Shown one piece after another: positions 5,899-10,065 of a stretch of 10,065 bases of DNA. Position numbers and translations under genes: made by a program. How positions within the stretch are numbered: position 1 is the first letter of the stretch; the number at the start of each line of letters is the position of its first letter. Source of the DNA: an uncultured archaeon (GTDB taxonomy: Archaea; Asgardarchaeota; Jordiarchaeia; Jordiarchaeales; Jordiarchaeaceae); NCBI GenBank assembly GCA_964510585.1, contig CAZECW010000132.1, forward strand, positions 1-10,065, written 5' to 3'. The notes below the pieces were generated by a model, which was not told the DNA's origin, searched no databases, and saw only the letters and a program-made list of their open reading frames with translations.

Positions 5899-7197
5899 AT
5901 GAATCTAGTAGTTAATGGTGGAGGTAGTCTGAAAGGATCTGTTTCTGCCCCTCCCTCAAAAAGTTATACTCACAGAGCTTTTATTATATCAACTCTTGCT
6001 GAAGGGAAGTCTGAAATTTTCGGGCCCTTAATTAGCAGAGACACTATCGCATCAATAAGGGCTTGTGAAGCCTTGGGCGCGGTTATTGAGAGGAGGAGCG
6101 AAAAGGTGTGGTGTGTTTCGGGCTCTCCGTCACCCAAAACGCCAGAGGATGTCATAAATGTTGATAATTCAGGAACCACAATTCGTATTATGACTGCTGT
6201 CTCCTCCTTAGCTCCAGGATTTACTGTACTCACAGGCGACTCCTCAATCAGGCAGAGACCAATGGGCCCACTTATTAAATCTTTGGGAGATTTGGGAGTG
6301 AGATGTTTTTCTACAAAGGGTGATGACAAACCCCCCATTGTGGTGGAGGGCGGAGGTATTAAAGGAGGAAAAACAAATATTCCTGGACATATTAGCTCCC
6401 AATTTATTTCAGCATTACTTATTGCCTGTCCTTTAGCTAAAAACGAAACAAGAATAAGTTTTACCTCCGAACTAAAATCGGAGCCATATCTTGAAATAAC
6501 CATGGAAGTTCTAAGCCTTTTCAAGGGAAATATAAAATACTTACCAAATATAGGTGTGGTTATACCCCCAAAACAGACATACTCACCAGCCAGCGTTAGG
6601 ATTCCAGGGGACTTCTCTTCGGCTGCATTTATTCTTTCAGCTGCGGCTATAACGGATTCCGATGTAAAAATCCATAATTTGGATATGGGTTCTAAGCAGG
6701 GCGATAAGAAAATTGTTGATATACTTGTCAAAATGGGTGCTGAGGTCGAATTTGGAGAAAATTATGTTAGGGTAATTGGAGGTCATAAACTAAAGGGCAT
6801 ATCTTTTGATTGTGGTAATAATCCTGATTTGCTACCAATTCTTGCTGTTTTAGGGTCAGTTGCAGAGGGCAAAACTGATATCTTTAATGCACAGCACGTT
6901 CGTTACAAGGAGAGCGATCGCGTATCTGCCATGGCTAAAGAACTATCCAAAATGGGCATTCGCATAGATGAAAAGATAGATGGTCTTACAATCCATGGTG
7001 GGAAATTAAAAGGGGCTCATGTTGAAACTTATAATGATCATAGGATACTCATGGCCCTTGCAGTAGCTGCTTTAGCGGCAGAAGGGGAAACTATTATTTC
7101 AGGAGTGGAATCTGTAGATGTTTCTTACCCCTCCTTTCTTGAGGATATGAATTCCCTAGGTGCGAATTTTAGGAGAATGAATAAAAATGACGGGTAA
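5899..7197 (+). CDS. aroA: 3-phosphoshikimate 1-carboxyvinyltransferase (EPSP synthase)
   Basis: APPSKSYTHR, NSGTTIR, RPMGPL, SSQFISALL, PGDFSSAAF, RYKESDR and DHRILMA motifs. Confidence 0.98.
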   Translation: MNLVVNGGGSLKGSVSAPPSKSYTHRAFIISTLAEGKSEIFGPLISRDTIASIRACEALGAVIERRSEKVWCVSGSPSPKTPEDVINVDNSGTTIRIMTAVSSLAPGFTVLTGDSSIRQRPMGPLIKSLGDLGVRCFSTKGDDKPPIVVEGGGIKGGKTNIPGHISSQFISALLIACPLAKNETRISFTSELKSEPYLEITMEVLSLFKGNIKYLPNIGVVIPPKQTYSPASVRIPGDFSSAAFILSAAAITDSDVKIHNLDMGSKQGDKKIVDILVKMGAEVEFGENYVRVIGGHKLKGISFDCGNNPDLLPILAVLGSVAEGKTDIFNAQHVRYKESDRVSAMAKELSKMGIRIDEKIDGLTIHGGKLKGAHVETYNDHRILMALAVAALAAEGETIISGVESVDVSYPSFLEDMNSLGANFRRMNKNDG

Positions 7198-8290
7198 TAT
7201 TTTTGGTGAAAGGTTTGTTTTAGTGTCATTTGGCGAGAGTCACGGGAGATGCGTGGGCGCCGTTATAGACGGGTGCCCCGCAGGACTAATGCTTTCCGAG
7301 AAAGATATACAGAGAGAGTTGGACAGACGAAAACCTGGACAAAGCGGGATAACCACCACTCGAAGTGAGGCCGACGAAGTTGAGATACTCTCTGGATTAT
7401 TTGAGGGATATACTACAGGCGCCCCGATATGTATGGTTGTTTGGAATAAGGATGTAGATTCTACAAAATATGAAACTGTTAAGTACGAACCACGACCTGG
7501 GCATGCCGACTACACCGCGTTTGTCAGATATGGAGGTTTCAATGATCCCCGGGGAGGAGGAAGACTATCAGGGAGAACTACAATCTCTTATATTATGGGA
7601 GGAGCTGTAGCTAAAAAATTGCTCCGGGAAACTCTTAATGTTGAAATTCTGGCGCACACCACTGAAATCGGAGGAGTAAAGGCTGAAGAAAAATCCTTAG
7701 ATGAAATAAGACAAGCTGACGGTAATCCCGTGAGGTGCGCTGATCCTGAAGCAGCAAAGCAAATGATAGCACGCATAAATGAGGCGCAGAAACAAAAAGA
7801 TAGTGTGGGAGGAACTATTCAATGCGTAGCATTAAACGTCCCAGCGGGATTGGGCGACCCTGTTTTCAACACTCTTGAAGGTGACATAAGTAAGGCGCTC
7901 TACTCCATACCTGCAGTTAAAAGCGTCGAGTTTGGAAGCGGAGTAGACTCGGCTAAAATGACTGGTTCCCAGCACAACGATCCCTTTGCTCTTCGTGAGG
8001 GCAAAATAATTACACTTTCAAACTATGCGGGAGGAATTCTGGGAGGAATAAGCAATGGAATGCCCATAACTTGTAGAGTTACCATAAAGCCCACGCCATC
8101 AATCCGCAAAAGGCAGCAAACAGTAAATCTATTAAAAATGAAGGAAACCACAATAGAACTCGAGGGAAGACATGATCCTTGCATTGTCCCCCGAGCCATT
8201 CCTGTTGTGGAAGCAATGGTTGCAATGGTTATTCTGGATCATGCGATTTCAGCTCATCTTATTCCAAGAGTTTTAGGTAAAAAAATTTGA
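7187..8290 (+). CDS. aroC: Chorismate synthase
   Basis: FGESHG, RRKPGQS, PRPGHADY, VKSVEFGSG, NYAGGILGGISNG, KPTPSI and GRHDPC motifs. It overlaps the aroA end by 11 nt. Confidence 0.98.
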   Translation: MTGNIFGERFVLVSFGESHGRCVGAVIDGCPAGLMLSEKDIQRELDRRKPGQSGITTTRSEADEVEILSGLFEGYTTGAPICMVVWNKDVDSTKYETVKYEPRPGHADYTAFVRYGGFNDPRGGGRLSGRTTISYIMGGAVAKKLLRETLNVEILAHTTEIGGVKAEEKSLDEIRQADGNPVRCADPEAAKQMIARINEAQKQKDSVGGTIQCVALNVPAGLGDPVFNTLEGDISKALYSIPAVKSVEFGSGVDSAKMTGSQHNDPFALREGKIITLSNYAGGILGGISNGMPITCRVTIKPTPSIRKRQQTVNLLKMKETTIELEGRHDPCIVPRAIPVVEAMVAMVILDHAISAHLIPRVLGKKI

Positions 8291-8410
8291 GAGGATAAGC
8301 TGCTCACAAGTTCTAGGGCCAAAAATTACATATTTTATTTCCGAATAGAGGGAGCTAAAATAGTAATTGATTACTTGTTTGTGGTGGGAATAACTCATAA
8401 AAGCTACCAG

Positions 8411-8422
8411 AAAGTTTTAAAC
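8411..8422 (+). promoter_or_regulatory. Possible internal promoter for chorismate mutase-tyrA
   Basis: AAAG-TTTTAAAC in the 199-bp aroC-aroQ gap, which is much longer than the other operon gaps. Confidence 0.3.
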
Positions 8423-8489
8423 AATAACAGCTATACGAGAAAATTAAATCAGTAAATTAGTGATGTGAACATTTTTTGAGGTAAACACT

Positions 8490-8777
8490 TTGGAGGATCT
8501 CGAAGCTCTGAGATTGGAAATCGTTGATGTTACGATTGAAATTTTAAAACTAGTAAAGAAACGCCTAGAACTAGCAAGAGAAGCAAAAAGAATAAAGGCG
8601 TTAAAAGGTCTCCCCATAAAAGACGAATACGCCGAGAGGAGGCTCTTGTCTAAAGTGCGAGAGACCTGCGAAGAACTAAATATTTTTCCCGAACTCGGCG
8701 AAGAGTTAACTAAACTGCTAATAAAATACTCAATAAAAATTCAGGAAGAGGATAAACAATCAGGCAGTGAAGTATAG
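8490..8777 (+). CDS. aroQ: Stand-alone chorismate mutase, AroQ/type II fold (95 aa)
   Basis: LEALRLEI...KKRLELAREAKRIK...LPIKD...E...YSIKIQ aligns by eye without gaps over the N-terminal half to the E. coli P-protein CM domain (R8, R25, K36, D45, E49; S and Q four apart near the C-terminus). TTG start with GAGGT 7 nt upstream. Confidence 0.88.
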   Translation: MEDLEALRLEIVDVTIEILKLVKKRLELAREAKRIKALKGLPIKDEYAERRLLSKVRETCEELNIFPELGEELTKLLIKYSIKIQEEDKQSGSEV

Positions 8778-8805
8778 ACTATCCTATGTGATAAGAGGGA
8801 TAAAG

Positions 8806-9720
8806 GTGAAACCTTCTAGAATCGCAATTGTAGGTGGATCTGGGCGTATGGGCTCATGGTTCTCTCAATACTTCAAAGATAAAAAATACTCTGTAATTCT
8901 AAGCGCAAGGAACCGCGAAAAATTAATCGCCACAGCAGAGAAACTTGGAGTGGGCTACGCAGAAAACAATATGGAAGCTGTGAAAAACGCGGATCTAGTA
9001 ATGGTTTCTGTGCCCATTTCTAGCACGGCAAGCATTATAAAAGAGATAGCTCCCTTCTTAGACCCTAAAACAATACTCTTTGATATAGCTTCCGTTAAAG
9101 GAGATATACCCAAAATTTTAGAGGAACAGAGCTTGAAGTACGGATTCAAAGCAGTTAGTGTTCACCCAATGTTTGGGCCAGGCGCTACAAGCTTAAAGGG
9201 TCACACCGTGGCTATTATACCGATTCCCGGCTCGGAGGATGCAGCCACAAAGCTGGAGCAACTGTTTAGTGAAGATGGGGCTTTGACAGTAGTAACTGAT
9301 GGTAGAACTCACGATAGAATGATTAGTGTCGTACTTGGTTTACCTCACTTTTTGAATATCCTATTTGGGGCAGCTCTATTAGAAGTTCCAGAAGCCATTT
9401 CTCAGATTAGAGAGTTCTCCGGAACTACATTCGAATTACAGCTTCTTTTAACTGAATGCGTTTTCGGAGAGGATCCTGGGCTATACTCAGAAATACAAAT
9501 GGATAACAAATATTTTGTGAACTTTTTAGGAAAGCTGGAAAAAGTATTTAGAGAGTTAAAAAAAACCATCGAACAAAATAATGAGGCAGAATTCTTCAAG
9601 AAATTTGAGAGGGTAAGAGAAAAACTAGCTCAGGACACCAAATATGCAAGTGCCTATAATAACTTCTATAAGATAATCAAAGTTTTGAAAAACAGTGAAG
9701 ATTATACAACAGAAAATTAA
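8806..9720 (+). CDS. tyrA: Prephenate/arogenate dehydrogenase (TyrA family), no ACT domain
   Basis: RIAIVGGSGRMG Rossmann motif, ADLVMVSVPI, DIASVK, SVHPMFGP and HDRMISVVLGLPH. GTG 8806 follows GAGGGA; the ORF-track alternative GTG 8767 overlaps aroQ. Confidence 0.95.
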   Translation: MKPSRIAIVGGSGRMGSWFSQYFKDKKYSVILSARNREKLIATAEKLGVGYAENNMEAVKNADLVMVSVPISSTASIIKEIAPFLDPKTILFDIASVKGDIPKILEEQSLKYGFKAVSVHPMFGPGATSLKGHTVAIIPIPGSEDAATKLEQLFSEDGALTVVTDGRTHDRMISVVLGLPHFLNILFGAALLEVPEAISQIREFSGTTFELQLLLTECVFGEDPGLYSEIQMDNKYFVNFLGKLEKVFRELKKTIEQNNEAEFFKKFERVREKLAQDTKYASAYNNFYKIIKVLKNSEDYTTEN

Positions 9721-9740
9721 ATTGTTATGCAACCACAATA

Positions 9741-9842
9741 ATGAGAGGAGTGAACCTAAAATACGCGTTTTTCTACTGGCGCTCCAATTATACTTGTTCA
9801 AGAAGTCTTTGGCATTTTATCCAAAACACACAGAGAGCGTAA
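9741..9842 (+). other. 33-codon micro-ORF rich in aromatic codons (leader-peptide candidate)
   Basis: ATG...TAA translates as MRGVNLKYAFFYWRSNYTCSRSLWHFIQNTQRA, with 8 of 33 residues F/Y/W. No clear SD. Confidence 0.2.
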
Positions 9843-9943
9843 ATTTTGTCCTAAACATCTTTTGGCCCATAAGGCTTCTTGATTTTGTAAAAATCCATTT
9901 AAGCTTCCCATCTCGGGCAGATAATGTAGAAATCATAGACATC

Positions 9944-9993
9944 TGTCACCCCCCTCTTTAAATTTCTTTTCTGAGTTTAGAGGGAAGGTGACA
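9944..9993. repeat. Imperfect 50-bp inverted repeat carrying an SD-like GGTGA on each strand
   Basis: TGTCACC (9944-9950)/GGTGACA (9987-9993), CCCTCT (9952-9957)/AGAGGG (9979-9984), and an inner AAATTT/GAGTTT helix with G-U pairs. Confidence 0.65.
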
Positions 9994-9997
9994 ATTC

Positions 9998-10065
9998 TTG
10001 ATAGTATGGAAGGGAAAACTCTACTTCAACCGGGAAGACGTAGACCTCCTCAAAAAGGAGAAAAA
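9998..10065 (+). CDS. 5' fragment of a hypothetical gene running off the window (MIVWKGKLYFNREDVDLLKKEK...)
   Basis: TTG 9998 lies 6 nt after GGTGA and the frame is open to the window end. The strand-then-helix pattern is compatible with an RHH/antitoxin-like protein, but 22 codons are too few to call. An ATG 10006 frame is also open. Confidence 0.45.
   Translation, partial: MIVWKGKLYFNREDVDLLKKEK

Noticed and set aside
5970-6731. 253-aa minus-strand ORF
   Set aside because: It lies wholly antisense to the well-conserved aroA and has no motif or SD, so it is a shadow frame.
7555-7600. AroC motif reads GRLSGRTT instead of the familiar SSARET
   Set aside because: SGRxT-type variants are, to my recollection, common in archaeal and firmicute chorismate synthases, and all other motifs are intact.
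8288-8290. Selenocysteine recoding of the aroC TGA
   Set aside because: The stop is at the normal AroC C-terminus, it is not a Cys-equivalent position, and I see no SECIS-like stem.
1738-9599. Other short opposite-strand ORFs in the track (1738, 2621, 3527, 5018, 5228, 7588, 8955, 9402)
   Set aside because: Each overlaps a confidently identified gene on the other strand and shows no independent coding signal.
9695-9961. 88-aa plus-strand ORF overlapping the tyrA end
   Set aside because: It has no SD and no recognisable motif, and it is the near-antisense frame of the region's other small ORFs. Probably a chance frame.
1-10065. CRISPR arrays, tRNA, rRNA
   Set aside because: By-eye reading found no regularly spaced direct repeats, no cloverleaf with a T-loop and acceptor stem, and no rRNA-like segment.

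Overview
Archaeal chromosomal window. Evidence for this is the archaeal GHMP-type shikimate kinase, TATA/BRE-type promoters and GGTGA/GGAGG ribosome-binding sites; the lineage cannot be fixed from sequence alone. Positions 3420-9720 are a co-oriented aromatic amino acid cluster: aroD, aroE, aroK, aroA, aroC, stand-alone AroQ chorismate mutase, tyrA. To its left are a leaderless ribbon-helix-helix gene, acylphosphatase, an orphan helical protein and a membrane-anchored zinc-ribbon protein. The window begins inside an IS200/IS605-family element. Its left end (TTAC target, AAAG guide, IS608-like hairpin, 159-201) is clear. Inside it is an inward TATA box followed by three hairpins and no recognisable ORF start, a candidate element-encoded structured RNA. 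Other non-coding signals are a promoter-plus-hairpin unit at about 2383-2490 (sRNA or SD-sequestered small peptide), two hairpins that occlude Shine-Dalgarno sites (1262-1295 and 9944-9993), and an aromatic-codon-rich 33-aa micro-ORF right after tyrA. All folds were done by eye and no database searches were run. No CRISPR array, tRNA or rRNA was seen.
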